This document shows, in pieces, positions 50,424 through 60,133 of a stretch of 64,000 bases of DNA. Every line of letters starts with the position of its first letter. Positions within the stretch are counted from its first letter, which is position 1. The notes under the pieces are model-generated. The model worked only from the letters and a program-made list of their open reading frames with translations. It did not search any database and had not been told where the DNA came from. The position numbers and the translations under genes are program-made. This DNA is from Candidatus Sulfomarinibacteraceae bacterium (lineage in GTDB: Bacteria; Acidobacteriota; Thermoanaerobaculia; Thermoanaerobaculales; Sulfomarinibacteraceae). The stretch is taken from the NCBI GenBank assembly GCA_963714885.1, contig CAVQQV010000038.1, positions 65,086-129,085 on the forward strand. The letters run 5' to 3'.

Positions 50424-50465
50424 CCGCGTGTGGACCCCAGGGGCGGGTGAGGCTAGACTGAACTG

Positions 50466-52151
50466 ATGCACGAGCCTGAGACTATCGGCAAGTACGAGGT
50501 GATCGAACAGGTCGCCGTCGGCGGCTTCGGCGTCATCTACAAGGGCTGGGACCCCTTTATCAAACGCACGGTGGCGATCAAGATGTGCGCCACTCCCGAC
50601 GACGAGGTGCGCCAGCGCTTTCAGCAGGAGGCCGAGTTCGTCGGTAACCTGGTCCACCGCAACATCACCCTGGTCTTCGACTACGGGGTCGAGGACGGGG
50701 TCCCCTACATCGTGCAGGAGTTCCTCTCCGGCTTCGACGTCGACGAACTGCTCAAGGCCGGCGTCGTGCAGGGAGAAGACTCGATCATCTCCATTCTCCT
50801 GCAAACGGCGGAGGGTCTCGAGTTCGCCCACGAGCGGGGCATCGTCCACCGCGACATCAAACCCTCGAATATCAGGGTGCTCGAGGACGGCACCGTCAAG
50901 ATCATGGATTTCGGGATCGCCAAGTCCATCCTCGCAGCCAGCAAGCTGACCCAGACCGGCATCGCTCTCGGCACGGCCGGGTATCTCGCGCCTGAACAGA
51001 TCCAGGGCCGGACCGTTGACGCCCGCACCGACATCTTCGCCCTCGGCGTGGTCGCTTATGAGTTGGTCACCGGAGTGCGGCCATTCGAAAGCGCCACCCT
51101 GAGCAACGTGCTCTACAAGATCCTCAACGAAGAACCCAAGTACCCGGCTGACTCCGACGTGCACTGTTCGGAGCCCCTCGACGGCGTCATCCGCAGGTGC
51201 CTGGCGAAAGAGCCGGCCGACCGTTATCAGGACGCAAGCGAATTGTTGGCGGTGCTGCGACAGATCGCGGCCGACGCCACGCCCGAGGCGGCCACCACCA
51301 AGGAGCTGACCACCGGGATATTGCGGCGGGTCATGAAGGACATGCCCAATTCCGCGGCGCCCGCCGGTGAGGACGCCACCCAGCGGGTCCGCACGCCGCG
51401 GTCGTCGCCGCCCAGACCGGCACCGACTCCACAGAACACCAGGCTGAGCCGCACACCGGAAACGTCGGAGCCCGAAAAAGACCGCCGCAGCCCGACCGTC
51501 TACATCTTCACCGTCTTGCTGGCCCTGCTGGTGGCCGCGGCGGCGACCCTCTACCTGTCGAAGGACGCCCAGAATCTGGTGTTCGGCGAGGCCGGAGCGC
51601 CGTGGATCCCGACGCCCACGCCCACCCCCACCAACACTGCGACGCCCACCATCACCCCAACCGTCACCGCGACCCCCACCATCACCCCCGAACCGAGTCC
51701 GACGGCCACGCCGGCGCCGATCTCGGTCCGCCTGGTGGTCGACCCACCCGCCGATGTGACCATCGACGGCCGGCCCTTCGGCGACGGCCGCACCGCGGGC
51801 GGCACCGTGCGGCTGCGACCGGGAAACCACACCTTCACCGTTGCAGTGCCCGATTTTCCGGTCAAGACCCTGACCCGTGAGGTCACCGCCGAGACCAAGG
51901 TGCTCTCGCTGACGGTCGAGGTCGGTCAGATCTCGGTCCTGTTGGACCCCTCCCTGGCGCCGCCGGGTGGAATCGCCTTTCTCGACGGCAACGCGCTGGG
52001 CCCCATCCCTCTCGTGCGCTACAAGGTGCCCGCGGGCGAACACGAGTTGGTGGTCCGCTGGGACGGCAGACGCCCGTTCCGCAGCACCGTGGTGATTCCG
52101 CGCCTCCCCAACCAGGGTCTTCGCGTGGTGGTTGCACCTCCAAGCGACTGA
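50466..52151 (+). CDS. Ser/Thr protein kinase with TM segment, Pro/Thr-rich linker and PEGA-like C-terminal domains
   Basis: GGFGVIYKG, VAIKM, HRDIKPSNI, DFGIAK and APEQ are Hanks kinase motifs. The TM segment is VYIFTVLLALLVAAAATLYL. The linker PTPTPTPTNTATPTITPTVTATPTITP follows, then two beta-rich PEGA-like repeats. Confidence 0.88.
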   Translation: MHEPETIGKYEVIEQVAVGGFGVIYKGWDPFIKRTVAIKMCATPDDEVRQRFQQEAEFVGNLVHRNITLVFDYGVEDGVPYIVQEFLSGFDVDELLKAGVVQGEDSIISILLQTAEGLEFAHERGIVHRDIKPSNIRVLEDGTVKIMDFGIAKSILAASKLTQTGIALGTAGYLAPEQIQGRTVDARTDIFALGVVAYELVTGVRPFESATLSNVLYKILNEEPKYPADSDVHCSEPLDGVIRRCLAKEPADRYQDASELLAVLRQIAADATPEAATTKELTTGILRRVMKDMPNSAAPAGEDATQRVRTPRSSPPRPAPTPQNTRLSRTPETSEPEKDRRSPTVYIFTVLLALLVAAAATLYLSKDAQNLVFGEAGAPWIPTPTPTPTNTATPTITPTVTATPTITPEPSPTATPAPISVRLVVDPPADVTIDGRPFGDGRTAGGTVRLRPGNHTFTVAVPDFPVKTLTREVTAETKVLSLTVEVGQISVLLDPSLAPPGGIAFLDGNALGPIPLVRYKVPAGEHELVVRWDGRRPFRSTVVIPRLPNQGLRVVVAPPSD

Positions 52152-52212
52152 AACCCACCGGCGCCGCGCCAGCGGAATGGACCTCGAGCTGAATTCGAGT
52201 TAGAGTGATGCC

Positions 52213-53850
52213 ATGTCGAGACTCTGCAGATTCTGCTGTGCGTTCGCGCTTCTCTCAACATTGGCGCTGCCGGTCGTGGTGTCCGCCCAGGAGACCACGC
52301 CCAGCGAGGAACTCGCCCTCGAGGCCTACCGCAAGGGCGCGTCGGAAAAGGCGGTCGAGCTCTACACGGCGGCGCTGTCGGAGACCGACGACCCCGCCCA
52401 CCGCGCCCGGATCCAGGTCCAGATCGCCTGGAATCTCTTCACCATGGGCCGCCCGGACGAGGTCCGGACCCACTTCCGGATCGCCTTGACCGAGGAGCCC
52501 AATCTGAGTCTTCCTGGCGACTACTACACGCCCGAGTTCCTGGAGATTTTCGAACAGGCGAGGCGTACGAACTACGAGGCGGGAGCCGACGGTGGCGCCC
52601 CGCTTCCCGACCTCGAGGCGACCGTCGCCAGCATCAACGACCGGATCGTCTCCGAGGCCGACCTCGAAGGCGCCCTGGTCGATGTCGACAGGCTGATGCA
52701 GGCCTACCCTCGGGACGGGCGGCTCATCCCTCTCAAGAGCCAGGTCCTGACGCTGCTCGGTCGCACCGAGGAGGCGTCGCTGCTCGCCAGCTCGCGCAAC
52801 GGAGCGATCGACAACCAGATCTACGACGACAGCGTGTCGGCAACCGATCTCGTCCTGCGCGCCAACCGCCTGCTCGAACAGGGCGACGCAACCACCGCCC
52901 TGCAGCTCTCGCGCCAGGCCGTCACCCTCTCGCCCAACAATTACATGGCCCTCGAGCTCATGGCCGAGGCCGCGCAGAAGGTGGCGGACTGGAAATCGGC
53001 CGAGTACGCCCTCAAGAGCGCGCTCTCCCTGCAGCCCGACAACATCGATCTCAAGCTCCGTCTCGGAGAGGTCTACCTGGCGACGTTCGAGGCTTCGGCC
53101 GCCCGCGACGTCTTCAAGTCACTCACCGATCAATACCCCAACTCGGACCGCCCCTGGGCCGCTCTCGGCCTGCTCGAGGCCCGGCTGGGGAACTTTGACC
53201 GGGCCCTCGAAGCGCTGGCGTTGGCGATCCACGAGAACTCCCTCCTTCCGGAGGTTCAGCTTGCCAACGGCGAGCTGTTGCTGATGCGGGGTGATATCGA
53301 CGGCGCCCTGCAGTCCCTCCAGGCGGCGGCGAACCTGCTGCGCAACGATCCGCAACTCGAGGCTCGGCTCGGCCAGGCGATGCTCGCCAAGGGCCGCGCC
53401 GCGGATGCCCTGACCCACCTCAGGGCCGCCGTCGACGGCGGTTTCGACAAGCCCGATGTGCAACGATCGCTGGCCCTGGCCCTCGCCCTCAACGAGATGT
53501 ATGCGGAGAGCCAGCGGGTCATCGATGCCGCCGGAGGGGATGACCCGACCGGCGACCGCGAGGTTGTCCTCGGTTACCTCGAGCTGCAGCGGGGGAACTT
53601 CTCGAGCGCCGAACAGATCCTCGCGGCGAGCGCCGAATCGCGACCCGGCGACCCCGCCTCGGTCAACATCCTGGCGGCTGCGATCTACCCTCAGCAGCGG
53701 TACGACGAATCCGTCGCTCTGCTCGCGCGGGCGAATGGGCTCGACGCCCAGTCGACGGTCATCGAGGACAACCTGATCAAGGCCAGGGCCGCCGCGGCGG
53801 CAGAGGCGCTCGGCGCCAACGCGCGCGACGTCCGCCCCCAACCGCAGTAA
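52213..53850 (+). CDS. Secreted TPR-repeat protein
   Basis: The signal peptide is MSRLCRFCCAFALLSTLALPVVVSAQE. Numerous TPR-like units follow along the 545 aa (e.g. AEYALKSALSLQPDNIDLKLRLGEVYL). Confidence 0.8.
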   Translation: MSRLCRFCCAFALLSTLALPVVVSAQETTPSEELALEAYRKGASEKAVELYTAALSETDDPAHRARIQVQIAWNLFTMGRPDEVRTHFRIALTEEPNLSLPGDYYTPEFLEIFEQARRTNYEAGADGGAPLPDLEATVASINDRIVSEADLEGALVDVDRLMQAYPRDGRLIPLKSQVLTLLGRTEEASLLASSRNGAIDNQIYDDSVSATDLVLRANRLLEQGDATTALQLSRQAVTLSPNNYMALELMAEAAQKVADWKSAEYALKSALSLQPDNIDLKLRLGEVYLATFEASAARDVFKSLTDQYPNSDRPWAALGLLEARLGNFDRALEALALAIHENSLLPEVQLANGELLLMRGDIDGALQSLQAAANLLRNDPQLEARLGQAMLAKGRAADALTHLRAAVDGGFDKPDVQRSLALALALNEMYAESQRVIDAAGGDDPTGDREVVLGYLELQRGNFSSAEQILAASAESRPGDPASVNILAAAIYPQQRYDESVALLARANGLDAQSTVIEDNLIKARAAAAAEALGANARDVRPQPQ

Positions 53851-53890
53851 CGTTGGACGTTCGTTCGGGAAATGTCGGGCGCCTCTGAAG

Positions 53891-53962
53891 GTGGGCCAAG
53901 GCCCACCCTACTTCGACCCACATAGACCGAGCGGTCCCGTAGGGTGGGCCGTTGGCCCACCA
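53891..53962. repeat. Nested-palindrome intergenic repeat, copy 1 (REP/MITE-like)
   Basis: The sequence is GTGGGCCAAGGCCCACCCTACTTCG...CCCGTAGGGTGGGCCGTTGGCCCACC. Each end is itself a hairpin, and the two ends are inverted copies of each other. It lies between the convergent TPR gene and the glycosyltransferase. Confidence 0.85.
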
Positions 53963-53981
53963 TCGAGAGAGCGCTACAAGG

Positions 53982-55152
53982 TCAGAACGTTTTTCCGAGG
54001 AAGGTCAGGAGCTGATCGGCGGCCAGTTCCGGGGTGTGCTCGGCTTCATAGGTTTCACGTGCGGCACTGCCGCCGCCGCGCCCACGCCTCCCCGCCATCC
54101 GCCGCTACGGCGAGCAGCCGCGCCAGCTCCGCCGGGGCCGACGGTCCGGGGGTGAGTCTGGGGGCGGCGGGCTCGGGCAACTCGAGGAACTGGCGTTGTC
54201 CCCCGACCGCAACCGGCGTGCCGCAGGCGAGAAAGCGGACGGCTGCAGCCGAGGTCTCCCCGGCCGAGGGCGTCCGAAGAACCACCCCGAGGTCGGCCGC
54301 GGCGGGCACCGAGGGAAAGTCATCGGGGGCGATCCATCCGGTGGCGATGACCCGGTCTCCGATCCCCGCCGCCTCCGCTGCCCGCTTCAAATCCGACCCG
54401 GCTGCACCCTCCCCCACCAGCACCAGACGCGCAGCCACCCCTGCCCGGGTTGCCGCCGCGACACCCCCGAGAATGGCCGCCAGCCCCTTTTCGGGGGTCA
54501 AGAATCCCAGATGCATGAGCGCGACTTCTCCGTCTTCGAGCCCGAGCCGGGTCCGGATCGCGCCACGGTCGACACCGCCGGGGTCGGCGACGGGCAGTCC
54601 GATCCGGCCGACAGCGAGACCCGGCGCGTCGCGCCGCACGATGTCAGTTGCCCACCGGGAATGGACGATCACGGCATCGGCGCGGGCGGCAAACGGCTGC
54701 CAGGCAGGAAACAGGAAGGGGTCGCGCCGCCCCGTGAACCCGACCTCGCGGGCGGAGGCGAGGGCCGCGCCAGGCTCGCCGTGGGCCTCACGGAGTCGCT
54801 CTTCGAGCGCTCTCGGGTCGATGTCCGAGGCGGCCGCCTCGACCAGAAGGTGGTGGAGCACGAGGTCGTGGAGCACGACAGCGGTCCGCGGCCGACCCAA
54901 CCGTTCGAGCAGCCACAGGTGATGAGGGTTGTTGCCGAGGTGGACCAGCGACACCTCGTCCGGCGCGGCCTCCGTACCGGTCGGGACCAGCTCCACCCTT
55001 CCCGCAAGCGGCCAGTCGTCAGGCGGGCGCCACTCCATTGGTTCGACGACCCGGACCTGGGCTCGCGATCCCAGGGCCCCGAGGAGTTCCACCGCGTAGT
55101 CGCTCACTCCGGAGCGGACCGGCGGCAACGGCGACGCCCACAGGATCTTCAT
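53982..55152 (-). CDS. Glycosyltransferase (GT-B fold, GT4-like); C-terminal frameshift near 54070
   Basis: MKILWASPLPPVRSGVSDYA is the N-terminus, and a GT1/4-type C-domain follows (GFLTPEKG..., VVLRTPSAGETSAA). The listed ORF stops at 54055. Another frame gives the typical tail AARETYEAEHTPELAADQLLTFLGKTF* ending at 53982. Confidence 0.75.
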
Positions 55153-55207
55153 GCTGCGACACTAGCAGGACCCAGGAACATTTTTCCTCCTTTTTCTGAC
55201 CACTGCT

Positions 55208-55513
55208 GTGGCCACCCACAGCGGTCGTCAGAAAAAGAAACGGTACTATACGAAAGTGAGCCCACTGCGATTTCTCACCATCGTCATCTACATCGGCTAC
55301 CTGGTCAACGTCGGCCTGTTGTTCGTCGTGGTGCCGTGGTCCCAGGTCTGGGGCCTGGTGCTGACAATGTGTCCGACCCGAATCGCAGCTCTTCTCGGTC
55401 TGCCCTGGGTGCGCGGCGCCTTGTCGGCTTTCGGTGTCCTCCACCTGTTGCTGGTCGATATGGGAACTGGTCTACCCGACACTCCTGACACCCATCCTTC
55501 TCACCGGGAATGA
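55208..55513 (+). CDS. Small hypothetical membrane protein (start uncertain; GTG 55256 is an alternative)
   Basis: Two TM-like segments are present (FLTIVIYIGYLVNVGLLFVVV, ALSAFGVLHLLLV). The listed start lies inside a 21-bp-arm palindrome, so a later start is more plausible. Confidence 0.3.
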   Translation: MATHSGRQKKKRYYTKVSPLRFLTIVIYIGYLVNVGLLFVVVPWSQVWGLVLTMCPTRIAALLGLPWVRGALSAFGVLHLLLVDMGTGLPDTPDTHPSHRE

Positions 55514-55570
55514 ATCTCAAGACGTTCCTGGGTCTTGATCTGACACCTCGTCGACCCTAAACTCGGCATC

Positions 55571-55942
55571 GTGGGGCGCCGAATCCTGATCGTCGACGAC
55601 GAGCCGTACATCCTGCGCATCTTGTCGTTCAAGCTCCGCCGGGAAGGTTTCACGACCTTCGAGGCGGAGTCCGCCGAGGCGGCCGAGTCTCTGCTCGGGG
55701 AACACGAGATCGATCTGGTTCTGCTCGACGTCGCCCTGGCGACGCCGACCAACGGCTTCGATCTCGCGGCAAAGCTGCGCCGGAACTCGCGAACCCAACA
55801 CCTTCCGATCATCATGCTGACCGCCAGGGGCTTTGCCACGGACGTCCTCCGCGGCCGCGAGGTCGGTGCGGCGGGCTACATCACGAAGCCGTTCACCGCC
55901 GAGGAAGTGGTGCGCCGGGTCCAGTCACTGCTCGACCCGTGA
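55571..55942 (+). CDS. Single-domain CheY-like response regulator
   Basis: RILIVDDEPYILR, DLVLLDVAL (phospho-Asp), IIMLTA and GYITKPF are present. The start is GTG. Confidence 0.88.
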   Translation: MGRRILIVDDEPYILRILSFKLRREGFTTFEAESAEAAESLLGEHEIDLVLLDVALATPTNGFDLAAKLRRNSRTQHLPIIMLTARGFATDVLRGREVGAAGYITKPFTAEEVVRRVQSLLDP

Positions 55943-55991
55943 CCTGCCGGCAAATAACTGTCTGTCCACACCTCCACGACCGCCTCTCTTC

Positions 55992-56020
55992 TTGACGGCC
56001 GCAACCGCGCCACGTAGGCT
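55992..56020 (+). promoter_or_regulatory. Sigma70-type promoter candidate for ileS-lspA-lgt-rluD (TTGACG-17 nt-TAGGCT)
   Basis: TTGACG lies at 55992-55997 and TAGGCT at 56015-56020. A GGAGG at 56029-56033 precedes ATG 56044. This is sequence match only. Confidence 0.35.
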
Positions 56021-56043
56021 CGCAAGCCGGAGGCGGAGACCTG

Positions 56044-58863
56044 ATGTATCGAAAAACACTGAACCTTCCCAAAACCGACTTCTCGATGCGCGCCAAGCTG
56101 CCGCAGCGGGAACCGGAAATGCTGGCCCACTGGCAAGCGACCGATCTCTACTCGAAGATCCGCGAGGCCCGCAAGGGTTCGCCGCGTTTCATCCTCCACG
56201 ACGGTCCGCCCTATGCGAACGGATCGATCCACGTCGGCACCGCCCTCAACAAGATCCTCAAGGACATCGTGGTCAAGTCGCGCACGATGCTCGGGTTCGA
56301 CAGCCCCTACGTGCCGGGCTGGGACTGCCACGGCCTGCCGATCGAACACCACGTCGACAAGGAACTGGGGCCGAAAAAGGCCGACATGAGCGTCTCCGAG
56401 ATCCGGGCGGCCTGCCGCGCCTATGCTGAGCGGTTCTACAAGCTGCAGCGCGACGAATTCACCCGTCTCGGCGTCCTCGGTCAGTGGAACGACCCCTACC
56501 TGACGATGGCCAACGACTACGAGGCGGACATCGCGTCCGCCCTCCACGGTTTCATGCTCGCGGGCTATGTCGAACGGGGACGCAAACCGGTCCACTGGTG
56601 TTCGGAGTGCCGGACCGCCCTCGCCGAGGCGGAGGTCGAATACCACGACCACTCCAGCCCCTCGGTCACCGTCGCGTTCAGCCTCGTGGACGATGCCCGG
56701 GAACGCCTCGAAATTGCAGCGGGCGACCCGGCCGCCGCCCTGATCTGGACCACCACGCCGTGGACCCTGCCCGCCAACCTGGCGATCGCCCTCCACCCGG
56801 ACTTCGACTACTCCCTGGTCCGTGCCGATGGTTCGCTCTACATCGTCGCCACCGATCTCCTCGCCGCCAACGCCGAGTCCGCAGGGTGGAGCGAGATCGA
56901 GACCCTCAAGACCTTCAAGGGCGGGCTCCTCGAAAACACCCACTACCTCCACCCTCTGACCGGCAACCAGGGGCTGTTCATCGTCGCGCCCCACGTGACC
57001 CTCGAGCAGGGCACCGGGCTCGTCCACACCGCCCCCGGGCACGGCGCCGAGGACTTCGTGATCGGCCAGCAGTACGGTCTCGAGCCGTATGCCCCGGTCG
57101 GCGACGACGGCAGATTCACGTCCGAGGTCCCGGAGTGGGCCGGGCTCCATGTCCTCGAAGCCAACAAACCCATCATCGAGCGCCTCCGCGAACTCGGCGT
57201 GCTGGTCGCCCACAGCGTTGTCTCGCACTCCTATCCCCACTGCTGGCGATCGAAGAACCCGGTCATCTTCCGCGCCACCAACCAGTGGTTCATCCGCATG
57301 GACCGCCACGACCTGCGGCAGCGATCGCTGGACGCCATCAGCGAAGCGGGTTGGCTGCCGCGGTGGGGCGAGGCGCGCATCCGCGGGATGGTGGAGAACC
57401 GCCCCGACTGGTGCATCTCACGGCAACGGATGTGGGGCGTGCCGATCACTGTCATGACCTGCGACAGCTGCGGCGCCGCCGCCATCGACGAGACGGTCTT
57501 CGATCACATCCGCGAAGTGTTCATTGCGGAAAGCTCCGACGCCTGGTACACCCGCGAGGCCCACGAACTGCTCCCCCCGGGTTACTGCTGCAACGATTGC
57601 GGCGCAACGGCATTTTCAAAGGACTACGACATCCTCGACGTGTGGTTCGACTCCGGGGTCAGCCACCTCGCGGTGTGCGACACCGAACGCTACGGGCTCG
57701 ACTGGCCGGCCGACCTCTACCTCGAGGGGCAGGACCAGTACCGCGGGTGGTTCCAGTCATCCCTGGTCGTATCGGTCGGGCTCAAGGGCGCTCCCCCCTA
57801 CCGGAAGGTGGTCACGCACGGCTTTGTGGTCGATGCCGAGGGCCACAAGATGTCGAAGTCGGTGGGCAACGTCGTGACGCCCGGCGAGATCCTCAAGCAG
57901 TACGGTGCGGACATCCTCCGGTTGTGGACGGCGATGGTCGATTTTCGGGAGGACATCCGGATCTCGGATGAGATCCTCGCACGCAACGCTGAGGCCTACC
58001 GCAAGGTCCGCAACACCCTGCGGTTTCTTCTCGGCAATCTCTCGGACTTCGATCCCGCGACCGACGCCGTCCCCGCCGCCGACCTCTCAGGTCTCGACGC
58101 CTCCGTGCTGCGGTCCTGCAGCCGGCTGATGACCGAAGTGGCCGCCGCCTACCAGAACTACGAACTGGCGTCCCTCTCGCACAGGATCGTCAACTTCTGC
58201 ACGGTCGACCTCTCGAGCCTCTACCTCGATGTCAGCAAAGACCGCTTGTACTGCGATCACCCGGACGACCCCGCCCGCCGCGCCAACCAGACCGTGGTCT
58301 ATCGGGTTGCGGAGTGCCTGTGTTCGGCGCTCGCTCCAATCCTCTCGTTCACCGCGGAGGAGGTCTGGCAGCTGCTGCCGGGCGCGCGCGAGGAGTCGGT
58401 CCACCTCGCGACCTTCCCGTCCTTCGAAGACGTGCCGGAGGCGCCGGACGCCGACATCCGCGTGGGCCGCCTGCTCGGTTTGAGGGAGCGCGTTTTGGCT
58501 GCCCTCGAGGAGCTTCGGCAAGAGAGCGTCATCGGCAAGGCCGAAGAAGCCAGGGTCACGCTCGGCGGAGACACCACCCTCCTCGAAGAGGACCTCGGTG
58601 CCACAGGCACGAACCTGGCCGGTCTTTTGATCGTGTCTCGGGCGGACATGGGACCGTGCGCCGGCGGTCTCGACGTCCCCGGCTACCCCGGGCTCAAGGT
58701 GGCCGTCGAACCGTATGAGGCCGCGACCTGCAGCCGCTGTTGGCGGCGCTTTGACGAACTGGTGGCGGATGAAGAGTTGCCGGATCTGTGCCCGCGTTGC
58801 CACGACGTGGTGGGGAGGCTCCTTGCCGAGGGGCGCGCAGAGCTCAGGGAGCCGGCGGAGTGA
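56044..58863 (+). CDS. ileS: Isoleucine-tRNA ligase (type 1, C-terminal zinc-finger)
   Basis: An intact 939-aa ORF with [19 protein letters not shown] (HIGH), GWDCHGLP, the editing domain, KMSKSVGN (KMSKS) and CSRCW...CPRC. Confidence 0.95.
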   Translation: MYRKTLNLPKTDFSMRAKLPQREPEMLAHWQATDLYSKIREARKGSPRFILHDGPPYANGSIHVGTALNKILKDIVVKSRTMLGFDSPYVPGWDCHGLPIEHHVDKELGPKKADMSVSEIRAACRAYAERFYKLQRDEFTRLGVLGQWNDPYLTMANDYEADIASALHGFMLAGYVERGRKPVHWCSECRTALAEAEVEYHDHSSPSVTVAFSLVDDARERLEIAAGDPAAALIWTTTPWTLPANLAIALHPDFDYSLVRADGSLYIVATDLLAANAESAGWSEIETLKTFKGGLLENTHYLHPLTGNQGLFIVAPHVTLEQGTGLVHTAPGHGAEDFVIGQQYGLEPYAPVGDDGRFTSEVPEWAGLHVLEANKPIIERLRELGVLVAHSVVSHSYPHCWRSKNPVIFRATNQWFIRMDRHDLRQRSLDAISEAGWLPRWGEARIRGMVENRPDWCISRQRMWGVPITVMTCDSCGAAAIDETVFDHIREVFIAESSDAWYTREAHELLPPGYCCNDCGATAFSKDYDILDVWFDSGVSHLAVCDTERYGLDWPADLYLEGQDQYRGWFQSSLVVSVGLKGAPPYRKVVTHGFVVDAEGHKMSKSVGNVVTPGEILKQYGADILRLWTAMVDFREDIRISDEILARNAEAYRKVRNTLRFLLGNLSDFDPATDAVPAADLSGLDASVLRSCSRLMTEVAAAYQNYELASLSHRIVNFCTVDLSSLYLDVSKDRLYCDHPDDPARRANQTVVYRVAECLCSALAPILSFTAEEVWQLLPGAREESVHLATFPSFEDVPEAPDADIRVGRLLGLRERVLAALEELRQESVIGKAEEARVTLGGDTTLLEEDLGATGTNLAGLLIVSRADMGPCAGGLDVPGYPGLKVAVEPYEAATCSRCWRRFDELVADEELPDLCPRCHDVVGRLLAEGRAELREPAE

Positions 58864-59369
58864 TGCGCAACGTCATCCCATGGATTACCGCCCTGATCGT
58901 CGTGATCGCGGACCGGGTCACCAAGAACATGCTGATGGACCGTCTCGATCCCGGGGGTTGGATCGAGGTGATGCCCGGCTTCGCCCTCACCCACGTCCAC
59001 AACCCGGGGATCGCTTTCAGCCTCTTTGCCGGCGGCGGGCCCCTGACCCGCGTCCTGCTCCACCTCGTGATCTTCACCTCGGTCGTGATCATTGCCGCCA
59101 TGTTGGTGCGCCACGCCCACAACAGCCGGCTGGCTGGGGTGGCCTTCGGTCTCATCCTCGGCGGCGCGCTCGGTAATCTGTTCGACCGCGTGCTCTACGG
59201 TTGGGTGGTGGATTTCCTCCATGTGTGGGTGCGCATCGGTGATCGATCCTGGGCGTGGCCCGACTTCAACGTCGCCGATGCCTCCATCACCTGTGGGGCG
59301 ATCCTGCTCATCATCAGCGAGATCCTTACGGGCCGCGAAAAGGAAGACGATGCACCCGATCCTGCTTGA
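58863..59369 (+). CDS. lspA: Lipoprotein signal peptidase II
   Basis: DRVTKNM, NPGIAFSLF, GGALGNLFDRV.YG.VVDF and WP.FNVADA are present. ATG 58863 overlaps the ileS stop. Confidence 0.9.
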   Translation: MRNVIPWITALIVVIADRVTKNMLMDRLDPGGWIEVMPGFALTHVHNPGIAFSLFAGGGPLTRVLLHLVIFTSVVIIAAMLVRHAHNSRLAGVAFGLILGGALGNLFDRVLYGWVVDFLHVWVRIGDRSWAWPDFNVADASITCGAILLIISEILTGREKEDDAPDPA

Positions 59370-60133
59370 CCTCGGGTTCTTCCAACTGCCCACCTACGGG
59401 CTGCTGCTGGCGACTGGAGTTGTCGCGGCCCTGTGGACCCTGTCCCTGCGCGCCGACCGCGCCGGGATGGAGGGCGCCCACCTGGTGGATTTTACGCTGT
59501 GGCTGGTCATCTGGGCTCTGGTCGGGGCCAAGTTGCTGCTCGTCATCGTCGAGCTTCCGCGCTACCTTCGCGACCCCGCCTCGCTCCTCGGCGTCTTCCG
59601 CGCCGGTGGGGTCTTTCTCGGGGGATTCATCGCCGCCGTCATCGCCGCGGTGGTGCTCCTGCGCCGCTACAAGCTGCGGGCGCTGCCGACCTTTGACGTG
59701 ATCACTCCCATCGCTGGCCCTCGGCCACGTATCGGCCGGATCGGTTGTCTGATGGCCGGGTGCTGTTGGGGCGCCGCCTGCGACCTGCCGTGGGCCATCA
59801 CCTACACCGATCCCGTGGCCGCCGAACGTCTCGGGAACGCCCCTCTTTCACGCGGTTCACCCGTTCCCGATCTACAGCGCGTTGTTCAATCTCGGCCTTT
59901 ACCTGCTGCTGGCGCCTCTGTTCAAGCGACCTCACGCTCGGGCGGGACGGTCTTCGCCACCTATCTGGTCCTGTACGGCATCGGCCGTTTCGCACTCGAG
60001 TGGACGCGCGGTGACGTTGCCCGCGGGTTTCGTCCTCGACGGTCTTCTCTCCACCAGCCAGCTGATAGCGCTCGGGATGATCCTGATCGGCGCCGGCCTC
60101 CACATCTGGATCAGCCGGCGCAAGACCCCGTGA
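59350..60133 (+). pseudogene. lgt: Prolipoprotein diacylglyceryl transferase, at least 5 indels as assembled
   Basis: MHPILLDLGFFQLPTYGLLLATG begins the gene, and IGRIGCLMAGCCWG is present. A compensated frame excursion occurs at 59706-59730, where PSLALGHV is expected. HPFPIYSALFNLGLYLLL lies in the 59882 frame. VFATYLVLYGIGRFALEWTRGD lies in the 59092 frame. The tail LSTSQLIALGMILIG is back in the 59882 frame. Confidence 0.85.

Noticed and set aside
54050-54065. A parS-like sequence GGTTTCACGTGCGGCA (also checked around 8381 and within parB).
   Set aside because: It matches the TGTTTCACGTGAAACA consensus at only 12 of 16 positions, and only one half-site is intact. It lies inside a coding region 34 kb from parAB. 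No convincing parS was found in the window.
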